DNA of 64,000 bases from Acidimicrobiia bacterium (GTDB lineage: Bacteria; Actinomycetota; Acidimicrobiia; Acidimicrobiales; VFJN01), in assembly GCA_047459075.1 (NCBI GenBank), contig VSCH01000014.1, forward strand, positions 4,833 to 68,832, in the 5' to 3' direction. The translations under genes were made by a program, and so were the position numbers. Below the pieces are notes generated by a model. It was not told the DNA's origin and made no database searches. It saw nothing but the letters and a program-made list of their open reading frames with translations. Shown in pieces: positions 18,105 to 27,128 of the stretch. Within the stretch, counting starts at the first letter, position 1, and every line of letters starts with the position of its first letter.

Positions 18105-19271
18105 CTAGGCGCCGGACCGCGCGAAGACGTGCCGGGCGATCTGCTCCATGCCGGCGATGTCGTGGACGTCGCTGCGCAGGAACGGGACCCACACGACCGG
18201 CGCCGGCGCCACGGCCTCGGCCAGCCCGGCCAGGTGGGCGTGCTCGCTGCCCGCCACCGCCTGGAAGTCGGCCAGGTTGCGGTAGAGGGCGCCGATCGCC
18301 GTCCCCGCCAGGCTCCTGGCCCGCTCGGCCGTGCCGGCGGCCACGACCTCGCTGACCGGGCCCCCGCCGACGGCGAAGGACGGGTGGACCCGGTTGACGA
18401 TGAGCCCCTGGACCGCGATGCCGCCCTCCCGCAGCCGGTCGGCGAAGTACTGCGCCTCCTCGACGGTGTCCCGGCGGGGCGACGCGACCAGCACGAACGC
18501 GGTCTCGGGCGCCGCGAGCAGCTCGTTGACGCGGGCCGCCCGCTGGCGGAAGCCCTCCTCCATCCCCTCGAAGGCCTGGAAGAAGGCGATGGCGTCGTCG
18601 ACCACGTCGCCCCCCACGACCCTGGACACCGTGCGCAGGAAGGTCTGGGCGGCGACGTTGACCGCCCGGACGAAGCCCCGGCTCGGCGCCATCAGGAACC
18701 GGAACAGGCGGTGGTCGAGGAACCGGGACAGCCGCCGCGGCGCGTCGAGGAAGTCGAGGGCGTGCCGGGTCGGCGGGGTGTCCACGACCACGAGGTCGAA
18801 GTCGGTCTCCTCGTGGAGCTCGTAGAGCTTCTCCATCGCCATGTACTCCTGGGTGCCCGACAGGGCCCCGGAGATGTTCCGGTAGAACCGGTTGGCGAGG
18901 ATGCGCTCGCCCTGCTCGGGCGTGCGGGCGTGCTTGAGCACCAGGGCGTCGAAGGTCGACTTGGTGTCGAGCATCGTGGCCCACAGCTCGCCCGGCCAGT
19001 CGCCGTCGATCCGGCTGGGCCGGTCGGTCAGCCTGGCGAGGCCGAGGGCGTCGGCCAGCCGCTTCGCCGGGTCGATCGTCACGACGACGGTGCGGCGCCC
19101 CAGCCGGGCACCCTCCAGGGCCATGACCGCCGAGGTGGTCGTCTTGCCGACGCCGCCCGAGCCGCAGCACACGACGATGCGCCGCTCGGCCACGAGCTCG
19201 CGCAGCCGGGCGCCGGGGGTCGGGGCGGTGCGCACGTCGCCGCCCGCCTCGACGCTGCCGGTCCCGGTCAC
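18105..19271 (-). CDS. ArsA/Get3-family P-loop ATPase (second of pair)
   Basis: CCGSGGVGKTTTSAV and TIDPAKRLADALGL. Its GTG overlaps the upstream stop as GTGA. Confidence 0.85.
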   Translation of the reverse strand: MTGTGSVEAGGDVRTAPTPGARLRELVAERRIVVCCGSGGVGKTTTSAVMALEGARLGRRTVVVTIDPAKRLADALGLARLTDRPSRIDGDWPGELWATMLDTKSTFDALVLKHARTPEQGERILANRFYRNISGALSGTQEYMAMEKLYELHEETDFDLVVVDTPPTRHALDFLDAPRRLSRFLDHRLFRFLMAPSRGFVRAVNVAAQTFLRTVSRVVGGDVVDDAIAFFQAFEGMEEGFRQRAARVNELLAAPETAFVLVASPRRDTVEEAQYFADRLREGGIAVQGLIVNRVHPSFAVGGGPVSEVVAAGTAERARSLAGTAIGALYRNLADFQAVAGSEHAHLAGLAEAVAPAPVVWVPFLRSDVHDIAGMEQIARHVFARSGA

Positions 19272-20248
19272 AGCGGCAGCCCCGCCAGGGACTCGACCTC
19301 GGCCAGCAGGGCCCGGGCCAGCGCGTCCACCTCGGCGGGACCGATCTCGGCGGTGAACTGGAACGGCAGCCGGATCTGCGGCAGGGGCAGGCCGGCGGCC
19401 AGCCGCTCGATCTGCGCGGCCTGCAGCGCCATGCGGTCGAGCCGGAACCGGGCCGCCTCGGCCAGGACCTCGGCCTCGCCCGGGCGCAGCGCCACGCCGG
19501 CCTCGGCCGCCGCCGCCTCGACCTCCGCCGGGGTGGTCACGAGCCCGTCGACCGGTGGGTAGACGCCGTTGACCACGATCGGCCCCAGCCCGACGCCCAC
19601 CCGGTCCTCCAGCGAGAACGCCGTCTCGACGGCCTCGTTCACGGGCGTCTCCTCGGGGATGGTGACCAGCACCACCTGGCAGCGCCGGTGGTCCTCCAGC
19701 AGCTCGAGCACGTCGCGGGCCTGGGCGTTGATCGGGCCGACGCTCACGGTGTCGAGCAGGCTGCGCGCCGACTGCAGGAAGGTGATGGCGTGGCCGGCGG
19801 CCGGGGCGTCGAGGACGATGAGGTCGGCCACCCCGGCCCGCTCGAGCTGCTTCACCTTGCCGAGCAGGAGGATGTCCTTGATGCCGGGCGCCGCGGTGGC
19901 CACGACGTCGAGCGCGCCCGTGGCGACGAGGCGCCGCGAGATGCGGGACATGCCGTGGTCCTCGAGGTACTCGAGCAACGCCGCGTCGGCCGTGAGCGTG
20001 CGGGCCCGCACGTCCGCGGCGCCGTCGGGCCCGCCCCCCGGCGACAGCACGACCTCCTCGTAGCCGAGCTCGCCCTGGCCGAACATCGACGCCAGCCCGG
20101 AGCGGCCCTCGACCTCCACGACGAGCGTCGACAGGCCGGCGAGGGCGGCGGCCCGGGCCAGCGTGGCGCTGACCGTCGTCTTGCCGACCCCGCCCTTCCC
20201 GGCCACGATGACCAGCCGGGATGCAGCGAAGAACTGTTCAGGATCCAC
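19268..20248 (-). CDS. ArsA/Get3-family P-loop ATPase (first of pair)
   Basis: VAGKGGVGKTTVSATLA and DAPAAGHAITFL. Confidence 0.85.
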   Translation of the reverse strand: MDPEQFFAASRLVIVAGKGGVGKTTVSATLARAAALAGLSTLVVEVEGRSGLASMFGQGELGYEEVVLSPGGGPDGAADVRARTLTADAALLEYLEDHGMSRISRRLVATGALDVVATAAPGIKDILLLGKVKQLERAGVADLIVLDAPAAGHAITFLQSARSLLDTVSVGPINAQARDVLELLEDHRRCQVVLVTIPEETPVNEAVETAFSLEDRVGVGLGPIVVNGVYPPVDGLVTTPAEVEAAAAEAGVALRPGEAEVLAEAARFRLDRMALQAAQIERLAAGLPLPQIRLPFQFTAEIGPAEVDALARALLAEVESLAGLPL

Positions 20249-20358
20249 AGCGCACGTCGTCGTCGGCCACCTCCGCGGCGGCTCGCGGGACTGTAGCGAA
20301 GGCGCGGCCCCGGCCCGGACGGCGTGCGCGTGGACCCCGCCGGTGGGCCGCCCGGGCC

Positions 20359-21606
20359 GTGGCGGCGCTCGCCGTGGCCGGGGCGGGGCTGGTGGCCGTC
20401 GCTGCTCCCGGCGGCGCCCGGGACCGGTGCGCCGAGCGGAGCGACCGGGTGGTGGTCGTCGAGGTGGACGGGCTGATCGACCCCGTGCTCGCCGACCTGA
20501 TCGAGGACCAGGTCGCCGACGCCGCCGAGACCTGCCCGCTGGCGCTCGTGCTGCAGTTCGACAGCGGCGGCGCCGTCATCTCGGACGGCGAGATGGACGA
20601 CCTCGTGGCGACGATCGAGCGGTCGCCCGTGCCCGTGGCCGTGTGGGTCGGGCCCTCGGGCTCCAAGGCGGCCGACGAGGCCGTGCGCGTCCTGGCCGCC
20701 GCCGACCTCACCGGCGTGTCGGTCGGCTCCAGCGTCGAGGTGACCCCCGCGCTGCTCGAGGCCCGCGGCCTCGAGCCCGGCGACCTGGGCTCGGTCGACG
20801 TGGGCGACCGGGTCGGCGCCCGCCGGGCCGTCGAGCTCGACCTGGTCGACAACGACGCCCCGACGATCCTCACCTTCGTCGTGGAGATCGACGGGTTCCG
20901 GACCGAGGTCGTCGACGGCGAGCGCCGCCCGACGACCGAGGTCGCCTTCACCGGGCTCGACGTGTTCGGCGAGGTCATGCACACCGTCGCCAGCCCCAAC
21001 GTGGCCTACCTGCTGTTCGTCATCGGCCTGGGGCTGCTGCTGTTCGAGCTCTTCACGGCGGGGGTGGGCATCGCCGGCATGGTGGGCGCCGGCTCGCTCG
21101 TGCTCGGCTGCTACGGGCTGTCCGTGCTGCCGTTCCGGCCGGTCGGCGTCGCGCTCCTGCTGTTCGCCATGTTCGGCTACGGCGTCGACGTGCAGACCGG
21201 CGTGCCCCGCGTGTGGACCGGCATCGCCACCGTGAGCTTCGTGCTCGGCTCGCTGCTGCTCTACGACGGGGTCTCGGCGAGCTGGATCACGCTTCTCGTC
21301 GCCTTCGTCGGCATGACGCTCGCCATGGTCTCCGGCATGCCGACGATGGTGCGGAGCCGGTTCTCGACCCCGACGATCGGCCGGGACTGGATGATCGGCG
21401 AGATGGGCGACGCCCGCACCGACATCGCCCCCGACGGGGTCATCACCCTGCGGGGCGCCCCCTGGCGCGCCCGCACCAACCGGGCGACGCCCATCCGCAA
21501 GGGCGAGCGGGCCCGGGTCGTGGCCATCGAGGGGCTCGTGCTGGAGGTCGAGCCCGAGGAGGGCGGCGCCCGGGACCATCGGGAGCGCGCCCGCTCCCGG
21601 CAGTAG
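20359..21606 (+). CDS. NfeD-family membrane-bound ClpP-class protease homologue
   Basis: Periplasmic ClpP-like region (VVVVEVDGLIDPVLADLI...), four TM helices, and a C-terminal OB/NfeD domain (GVITLRGAPWRARTN..GERARVVAIEGLVLEV). The start is uncertain. ATG 20221 would overlap the divergent gene, so GTG 20359 was chosen. Confidence 0.7.
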   Translation: MAALAVAGAGLVAVAAPGGARDRCAERSDRVVVVEVDGLIDPVLADLIEDQVADAAETCPLALVLQFDSGGAVISDGEMDDLVATIERSPVPVAVWVGPSGSKAADEAVRVLAAADLTGVSVGSSVEVTPALLEARGLEPGDLGSVDVGDRVGARRAVELDLVDNDAPTILTFVVEIDGFRTEVVDGERRPTTEVAFTGLDVFGEVMHTVASPNVAYLLFVIGLGLLLFELFTAGVGIAGMVGAGSLVLGCYGLSVLPFRPVGVALLLFAMFGYGVDVQTGVPRVWTGIATVSFVLGSLLLYDGVSASWITLLVAFVGMTLAMVSGMPTMVRSRFSTPTIGRDWMIGEMGDARTDIAPDGVITLRGAPWRARTNRATPIRKGERARVVAIEGLVLEVEPEEGGARDHRERARSRQ

Positions 21607-21818
21607 CCACGGCGCCGGACCGCCCCTCCTTCCCCATTCGCGCCGTCGCCATTTCGACCCACCCGCGCCGGCCGTCATAGCGCTGAAGGTTCCGGTTACC
21701 GCCTGTTCACAAGCGCCTGACCTGGGACATCGCCGGGTCTGTCCGGCCGCCGCGCCCCAAACTGCCCCTTGTCCGGTTCCTTCCGACGGCGTTATCGTCC
21801 GCCGGAGGAAGGGGGGGT

Positions 21819-22088
21819 ATGTCTGTGAGTGCACAGCGCGTTGAAGAAGATTGGCAGATGCGCGCCGCGTGTCGCGGCCCGCAGGCCGCCGTGTTCTTCC
21901 CGCCGTCGCACTTCGAGCGCAAGAGCGAGAAGCTGCGTCGGGAGGAGCAAGCCAAGGCCATCTGCGCCACGTGTTCGGTGCGCGAGCCGTGCCTCGAGTA
22001 CGCGCTCCGCATCCGTGAGCCTCACGGGATCTGGGGGGGCCTGAGCGAGGCAGAGCGCCGAGCAGCCTTGGCGGCACAGCAGAACTGA
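21819..22088 (+). CDS. WhiB-family [4Fe-4S] transcription factor
   Basis: AACRG...AKAICATCSVREPCLEYAL...GIWGGLSEAERR gives four Cys in the Wbl pattern plus the GIWGG turn. ATG follows GGAGGAAGGGGGGG. Confidence 0.9.
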   Translation: MSVSAQRVEEDWQMRAACRGPQAAVFFPPSHFERKSEKLRREEQAKAICATCSVREPCLEYALRIREPHGIWGGLSEAERRAALAAQQN

Positions 22089-22105
22089 CACGTCAGCGCG
22101 ACGCA

Positions 22106-22153
22106 CGGCCGGCGCGGCGCCGTCCCCGGAGGGGGAGGGCGCCGCGCCGGCCG
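22106..22153 (+). terminator. 16-bp perfect GC stem-loop downstream of whiB
   Basis: CGGCCGGCGCGGCGCC (22106-22121) pairs with GGCGCCGCGCCGGCCG (22138-22153) across a 16-nt loop. No U tract. Confidence 0.5.
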
Positions 22154-22328
22154 CGTCTCGGGCCGGTCCCGGCCGCCACGCTCGCCGCCCACCACGGTGG
22201 CACCGGCCGGGCCCCGGGAGGGGCGCGCGGCGGCACCCTCGGGTCCGCACGGCCCGGTGCGGACCGGCCGGCGACCTTGGCGTGGCCGGAGCGCTGCGCC
22301 GATCCTCTGCGGTGCCACCGCTCTCCGA

Positions 22329-22412
22329 GCCGGCGGCACCGCCTGGCCCCCCGTGGTCGGCGCCACGCTCCAGCCACGCCGTACGAGGATCCCCTCCCCC
22401 GTCGGTGGCGGC
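22329..22412 (+). ncRNA. candidate 6C-like small RNA (two tandem hairpins with C-rich loops)
   Basis: Hand fold. H1: 22329-34 pairs with 22356-61 and 22337-39 with 22353-55, loop CGCCUGGCCCCCC. H2: 22373-75/22410-12, 22377-81/22403-07 and 22383-85/22400-02, loop AGGAUCCCCUCCCC. It sits in a 479-nt gene-free spacer. No covariance model was run. Confidence 0.3.
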
Positions 22413-22567
22413 ATCGTAACCATCGGGACGTCGGATGTGAAGAGGGTCACGTCACGGCGTGCGTCCGCCCAGGCGAGGCGCGTGGGCAGGCCACCGGCGG
22501 GGCGGGCCGGCGGTAGGCTGGGGGCCCAGCGGCTCCCGGTTCACCCGACCGTCCGCCGCCGTCCCGC

Positions 22568-23044
22568 ATGGCACTCCTGCTGTTCCTCGTCTTCGTCGTC
22601 GCCCCGCTCGCCGAGCTGGCCGTGCTCATCCAGGTGGGCGCCGCGATCGGGGTGCTGAACACCATCGGCCTCCTGGTCCTGGTGTCGCTGGTGGGCGCGT
22701 GGCTCGCCAAGCGGGAGGGGCTCGGCGTCCTCCGCCGCATCCAGGCGACGATCGCCCGGGGCGAGCTGCCCAGCAGGGAGGTCGCCGACGGCGCCCTGAT
22801 CCTGCTGGCCGGGGCGCTGATGATCGCACCCGGGTTCATCAGCGACGCGCTCGCCGTCGTCCTGCTGCTGCCCCCGACCCGGGCCCTCGTGCGGGCGCCG
22901 CTCGTGCGCTGGGCCGTGGGCCGCGGGCGGGTCACCGTCGTCCGGGGCGCCCGGTGGGGCGGCGCGGAGGTGTGGGACGTCGAGAGCTGGGAGGAGCCGG
23001 CGCGACCCTCGCTGCGCCACGAGCTCGGAGAGGCCCATGACTGA
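22568..23044 (+). CDS. fxsA: FxsA-family cytoplasmic membrane protein
   Basis: MALLLFLVFVVAPLAELAVLIQVG...LLAGALMIAPGFISDALAVVLLLPPTR is the FxsA/UPF0716 pattern. Confidence 0.85.
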   Translation: MALLLFLVFVVAPLAELAVLIQVGAAIGVLNTIGLLVLVSLVGAWLAKREGLGVLRRIQATIARGELPSREVADGALILLAGALMIAPGFISDALAVVLLLPPTRALVRAPLVRWAVGRGRVTVVRGARWGGAEVWDVESWEEPARPSLRHELGEAHD

Positions 23045-23897
23045 CGCCTCTGCGGACGACCAGCCGAAGCCCATCGTCTACGGGGTGGCGAGCGCGCTGT
23101 CACCGATGGTGCGGCGCATCGTCGCCAACAACCCCGGCCTCATGACCGGGCCCGGCACCAACACCTACCTGGTCGGCATCGACGAGATCGCCGTCATCGA
23201 CCCCGGCCCGGCCGACGACGCCCACCTCGACGCCATCGCCGGCTGCGGCGGCGACCGCATCCGCTGGATCCTGCTGACCCACACCCACGAGGACCACTCG
23301 CCCGGCGCGACCGGCCTCCGCAAGCGGACGGGCGCCCCGGTGCTCGGGTTCGGGCCCGGGCACGGCAAGGGCAAGGTCCGGCTCGACGGCACGCTGGCCG
23401 ACGGCGACGTCATCGAGGCGACCGAGTTCCACCTCACCGCCATCCACACGCCGGGCCACGCGTCCAACCACCTCTGCTACCTCCTCAACGAGGAGCGCAC
23501 CCTGTTCACCGGCGACCACCTCATGCAGGGATCGACGGTGGTCATCAGCCCACCGGACGGCGACATGGCCGCCTACCTGGCGTCGCTCGAGCGCGTCAAG
23601 GCCATCCGGCCCCGCCTGCGGGCCATCGCGCCCGGCCACGGCCACGTGATCACCGACCCGATCGCCGCCATCGACGAGGTCGTCGAGCACCGGCTGGCCC
23701 GCGAGGCGCAGGTCCTCGAGGAGCTGCGGTCGCGGGGCACCGCCACCATCGCCGAGCTCGTCGAGGCCATCTACACCGACGTCCCCGCCGAGCTGCACCC
23801 CATGGCCCGCCGCACCGTCTGGGCGCACCTGCGCAAGCTGGCCACGGAGGGCGCGGTGACCGGCGAGCGGCTCGACGGCAAGTGGTCGGCCGCCTGA
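23037..23897 (+). CDS. MBL-fold metallo-hydrolase
   Basis: LLTHTHEDHSPG, TPGHASNH, and a C-terminal winged-helix-like tail. It overlaps the fxsA end by 8 nt. Confidence 0.85.
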   Translation: MTDASADDQPKPIVYGVASALSPMVRRIVANNPGLMTGPGTNTYLVGIDEIAVIDPGPADDAHLDAIAGCGGDRIRWILLTHTHEDHSPGATGLRKRTGAPVLGFGPGHGKGKVRLDGTLADGDVIEATEFHLTAIHTPGHASNHLCYLLNEERTLFTGDHLMQGSTVVISPPDGDMAAYLASLERVKAIRPRLRAIAPGHGHVITDPIAAIDEVVEHRLAREAQVLEELRSRGTATIAELVEAIYTDVPAELHPMARRTVWAHLRKLATEGAVTGERLDGKWSAA

Positions 23898-23910
23898 CCG
23901 CTTCTCTAGG

Positions 23911-24681
23911 GTGCGGGCAGTGGTGAGTGGGAGGAGCGCGGCCGACGACGCGCGGACCGGTGGCTACACCGTCGACGAGGTGGCGCGCCTGACCGGCGCC
24001 ACCGTCCGCACGATCCGCTGGTACCAGTCCGAGGGGCTGCTGCCGCCCCCCCGCCGGTCGGGCCGGGTCGCCGTCTACGACGACGAGCACGTGGCCCGCC
24101 TGGAGGCCATCCGCGACCTGCAGGCCCACGGGCTGACGCTCACCGCCATCCGCCGCCTGCTCGACCAGGCGCCGGGCCACGCGGCCAGCACGGCCCTCGC
24201 CTTCGTCAAGGCGGCGGTCGCCCAGACCGCCGACGAGGGCACCGAGACCATCTCCGCCGAGGAGGGCGCGGCCCGCCTCGGCATGGCGGTCGACGAGGTC
24301 GACCCCGAGCTCGTCGAGCGGATGGGGATGGCCCGCGTGCTCGAGGACGGGCGCTGGCAGGTCCTCGTGCCGTCGGCCTTCGAGGCCGCGGCCGAGCTCG
24401 CCCGGGCCGGCGTGCCCGCCGACAAGCGGGTCGAGGTCGGCCAGGCGCTGCACGAGCACGCGCAGGCCATGGCCCGGGCGGTCGTCGACCTGTTCGTCGA
24501 GCACCTGTGGCGGCCCTCCGACCACCACGCCGACGATCCCGAGGCCTGGACGGCCCTGACCGAGGCCGTCGAGCGCCTGCGGCCGCTGGCGACCGCGACG
24601 GTGGCCAGCTTCTTCGGCGTGGCGCTGGCCCGGGAGGCCGAGGCCGCCGCCGAGCGCGCCCTCGCCTCGCCCTCGTCCTGA
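23911..24681 (+). CDS. MerR-family transcriptional regulator
   Basis: YTVDEVARLTGATVRTIRWYQSEGLLPPPRRSGRVAVYDDEHVARLEAIRDLQ. The exact start is uncertain. Confidence 0.8.
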   Translation: MRAVVSGRSAADDARTGGYTVDEVARLTGATVRTIRWYQSEGLLPPPRRSGRVAVYDDEHVARLEAIRDLQAHGLTLTAIRRLLDQAPGHAASTALAFVKAAVAQTADEGTETISAEEGAARLGMAVDEVDPELVERMGMARVLEDGRWQVLVPSAFEAAAELARAGVPADKRVEVGQALHEHAQAMARAVVDLFVEHLWRPSDHHADDPEAWTALTEAVERLRPLATATVASFFGVALAREAEAAAERALASPSS

Positions 24682-24716
24682 GCCCGGCGAGCGCGCGGGA
24701 GCGGCGCCGCCGGGGC

Positions 24717-25904
24717 TCAGGTGCCGGCGCCGCGGATCTCGAGCGCGGTCTCCGCGGCGGCGAGGATGCGAGCGCTGCACCCGGCCATCGCCGCCGGGGG
24801 CACGGCCTCCTCGACGATGCGGGCGGCGATGGCCCGGAAGGCCTCGGCCGCCGGCCCCTCGCCCAGCACGACCGGGCTGCCCTCGTCGCCGCCGGCCGAC
24901 ACGGACGGCTCGAGCGGCACCTGCCCGAGCAGGGGGACGCCGGCGTCCTCGGCCAGCTGGCGACCGCCGCCCTCGCCGAAGAGGGCGTAGCTCTCGCCGT
25001 GGTCGCACCGGAACGCGCTCATGTTCTCGATGACGCCGGCCACCCGCAGGTAGCTCTTGCGGGCCATGCCCACGGCCCGGATCGCGACCTTCTGGGCGGC
25101 GCGGGCGGGCGTCGTCACGACCACGACGTCGGCCCGGGGCACGAGCCGGGCGACGCCCATCTGCACGTCGCCGGTGCCCGGGGGCATGTCGACCAGCAGG
25201 TAGTCGAGGTCGTCGCCCCAGCGGACGTCCTGCAGGAAGTGCTGGACGCCCCGGTTGAGCATGAGGCCCCGCCACATCAGCGCGGTCTCCTCGTCGTCGA
25301 CGAGCAGGCCCATCGACACGACCCGCAGGACCCCGTCGCCGAGCGGCCGCTCGATCGGCACGATCTGCTTGCGACCGTCCTCGACGGTGCCGGCCAGCCG
25401 GCCCTCGACCCCGAGCATGCGGGGGACGGAGAAGCCCCAGATGTCGGCGTCGAGCACGCCGACGGTCAGGCCCCGGGCGGCCAGGGCGGCGGCGAGGTTC
25501 ACGGTGACCGACGACTTGCCGACGCCACCCTTGCCCGACGCGATGAGGACGACCTTGGCCGACAGCGGCACCGAGGTCTGCTCCGGTCGCTGCGCCGCCT
25601 TGAGGCGGGCGGTGGCCATGGCGGCCGAGCGCTCCTCGGGGGTCATCTCGCCCCAGTGCAGGCGCACCTCGGTGACCCCGGGGAGGGACTCGAGCCGGGC
25701 GACGACGTCCTTCTTGATCTGCGCCCGCAGCGGGCACCCGGCGGTGGTCAGCGCGACCGTGACGTCGACGGCGCCGTCGGGGCGCACCTCGGCCGAGCGG
25801 ACCATGCCGAGCTCGACGATGTCGCTGCCCAGCTCCGGGTCGACGACGCCGCGGAGGACGCCCATGACGTCCTGCGACGTCGGCAGCGACCGGTTCACAT
25901 CCAC
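24717..25904 (-). CDS. mrp: Mrp/ApbC-type Fe-S cluster carrier ATPase with N-terminal DUF59-like domain
   Basis: GVVDPELGSDIVELGMV and the deviant Walker A ASGKGGVGKSSVTVNLA. Confidence 0.9.
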   Translation of the reverse strand: MDVNRSLPTSQDVMGVLRGVVDPELGSDIVELGMVRSAEVRPDGAVDVTVALTTAGCPLRAQIKKDVVARLESLPGVTEVRLHWGEMTPEERSAAMATARLKAAQRPEQTSVPLSAKVVLIASGKGGVGKSSVTVNLAAALAARGLTVGVLDADIWGFSVPRMLGVEGRLAGTVEDGRKQIVPIERPLGDGVLRVVSMGLLVDDEETALMWRGLMLNRGVQHFLQDVRWGDDLDYLLVDMPPGTGDVQMGVARLVPRADVVVVTTPARAAQKVAIRAVGMARKSYLRVAGVIENMSAFRCDHGESYALFGEGGGRQLAEDAGVPLLGQVPLEPSVSAGGDEGSPVVLGEGPAAEAFRAIAARIVEEAVPPAAMAGCSARILAAAETALEIRGAGT

Positions 25905-25964
25905 GGGGCCGGATTCTACCGGCGGAGGCCGGGGAAACCGGGAGCCGGGGTAGACTCCCCCGAC

Positions 25965-26666
25965 GTGACCGAGGTCGCTCGGAACGCGCCCGCCACGCCG
26001 CGGCTCGACGTGCTGAAGGCGCTCGGCGACAACACGCGGTACGCGATCTACCTCGAGCTCGCCCGGTCACCCCGCCCGCTGGCCACGGCCGAGGTGGCGG
26101 AGACGCTCGGGCTGCACCCGAACACGGTCCGACCCCACCTCGAGCGCATGCGCGAGGTCGGGCTGCTCACCATCGAGACCGACGCCCGCGGCACCGTCGG
26201 CCGCCCCCAGCACCTCTACTCGCTGGCCCCCGACGCGCCGTCCCTCGGCCTCGAGCCGGCCACGTTCCCGGTGCTCGCCCGCATGCTCCTGCGGGTGGCG
26301 GCCACCGCCGAGCTCGGCCGCGACGAGGTCGTCGAGGCGGGCCGGGAGCAGGGCGAGGCCGACGCCGCGACGATGACGCCGCCGGACGGCGTGCCCCCGG
26401 CGGCCGCCTGCCTGGAGGCGCTCCTGGCACGCCTCGACGCCCTGGGCTTCGACCCGGCGGTCGCCGGCGACGACGAGACGGCCACCGTCGCGTTCACCCA
26501 CTGCCCGTTCCGCGAGCTGGCCGAGGCGCAGCCCGACATCGTCTGCGCGCTCCACGAGGGCCTGGTCGAGGGCATCGTCGACACGCTGGGTGGCGCGGCC
26601 GTCGAGGCGTTCCACCCGCTCACCCACCCGTCGGCCTGCCAGGTGCAGCTCGCGCTGTCACGCTGA
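25965..26666 (+). CDS. ArsR-type wHTH regulator with C-terminal Cys/His domain (SufR-like)
   Basis: LKALGDNTRYAIYLELAR...TAEVAETLGLHPNTVRPHLERMREVGLL, then CLEAL...THCPFRELAEAQPDIVCALHEGL. The GTG lies 8 nt after a TAGACT -10-like hexamer, so the mRNA may be leaderless. Confidence 0.7.
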   Translation: MTEVARNAPATPRLDVLKALGDNTRYAIYLELARSPRPLATAEVAETLGLHPNTVRPHLERMREVGLLTIETDARGTVGRPQHLYSLAPDAPSLGLEPATFPVLARMLLRVAATAELGRDEVVEAGREQGEADAATMTPPDGVPPAAACLEALLARLDALGFDPAVAGDDETATVAFTHCPFRELAEAQPDIVCALHEGLVEGIVDTLGGAAVEAFHPLTHPSACQVQLALSR

Positions 26667-26763
26667 GCGCGACATGTCGCCGCCGACGGCGGCGCCCCGG
26701 TACCCTGGTGCCGTTCCCGGGAACGTCCGGTTTCCACGCCAGACCGGAGGAGGCTCCAGAGAC

Positions 26764-27084
26764 GTGATCGCGCTCACCCCGGCCGCAACCGAGAAGGTCC
26801 GCTCCCTCATGGAGCAGGAGGGGGCCGAGGACCTCGCGCTGCGTGTGGCCGTGCGCCCGGGCGGTTGCTCCGGGTTCAGCTACGAGATGTTCTTCGACAC
26901 CGACGTGTCGGACGAGGACAAGACGGCCGAGTACGACGGCGTGAAGGTCGTCGTCGACCCGTCGAGCGCCATGCTCCTCGAGGGCGCGACCCTCGACTAC
27001 AAGGACGGCCTCCAGGGCGCGGGGTTCGCCATCGACAACCCCAACGCCCAGCGCACGTGCGGGTGCGGCCAGAGCTTCAGCTGA
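26764..27084 (+). CDS. HesB/IscA-family Fe-S cluster insertion protein
   Basis: GTG after GGAGGAGG. RVAVRPGGCSGFSY...NPNAQRTCGCGQSFS. Confidence 0.9.
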   Translation: MIALTPAATEKVRSLMEQEGAEDLALRVAVRPGGCSGFSYEMFFDTDVSDEDKTAEYDGVKVVVDPSSAMLLEGATLDYKDGLQGAGFAIDNPNAQRTCGCGQSFS

Positions 27085-27128
27085 CGACGACGCGCTGAGC
27101 CGTCCGGGCCGGCGCAGCTGGGGAGCTG

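Noticed and set aside
20221-20358. ATG 20221 as the NfeD start (as in the ORF track).
   Set aside because: It would overlap the divergently transcribed ArsA-like gene start (20248) by 28 nt, and it encodes Arg/Ala-rich sequence. GTG 20359, preceding the hydrophobic segment, is more plausible, though still uncertain.
21769-21798. Sigma-70-like promoter for whiB (TTGTCC-18 nt-TATCGT).
   Set aside because: It is plausible but the hexamers are weak and the spacer is non-optimal. Without transcription-start data I do not consider it supportable as a feature.
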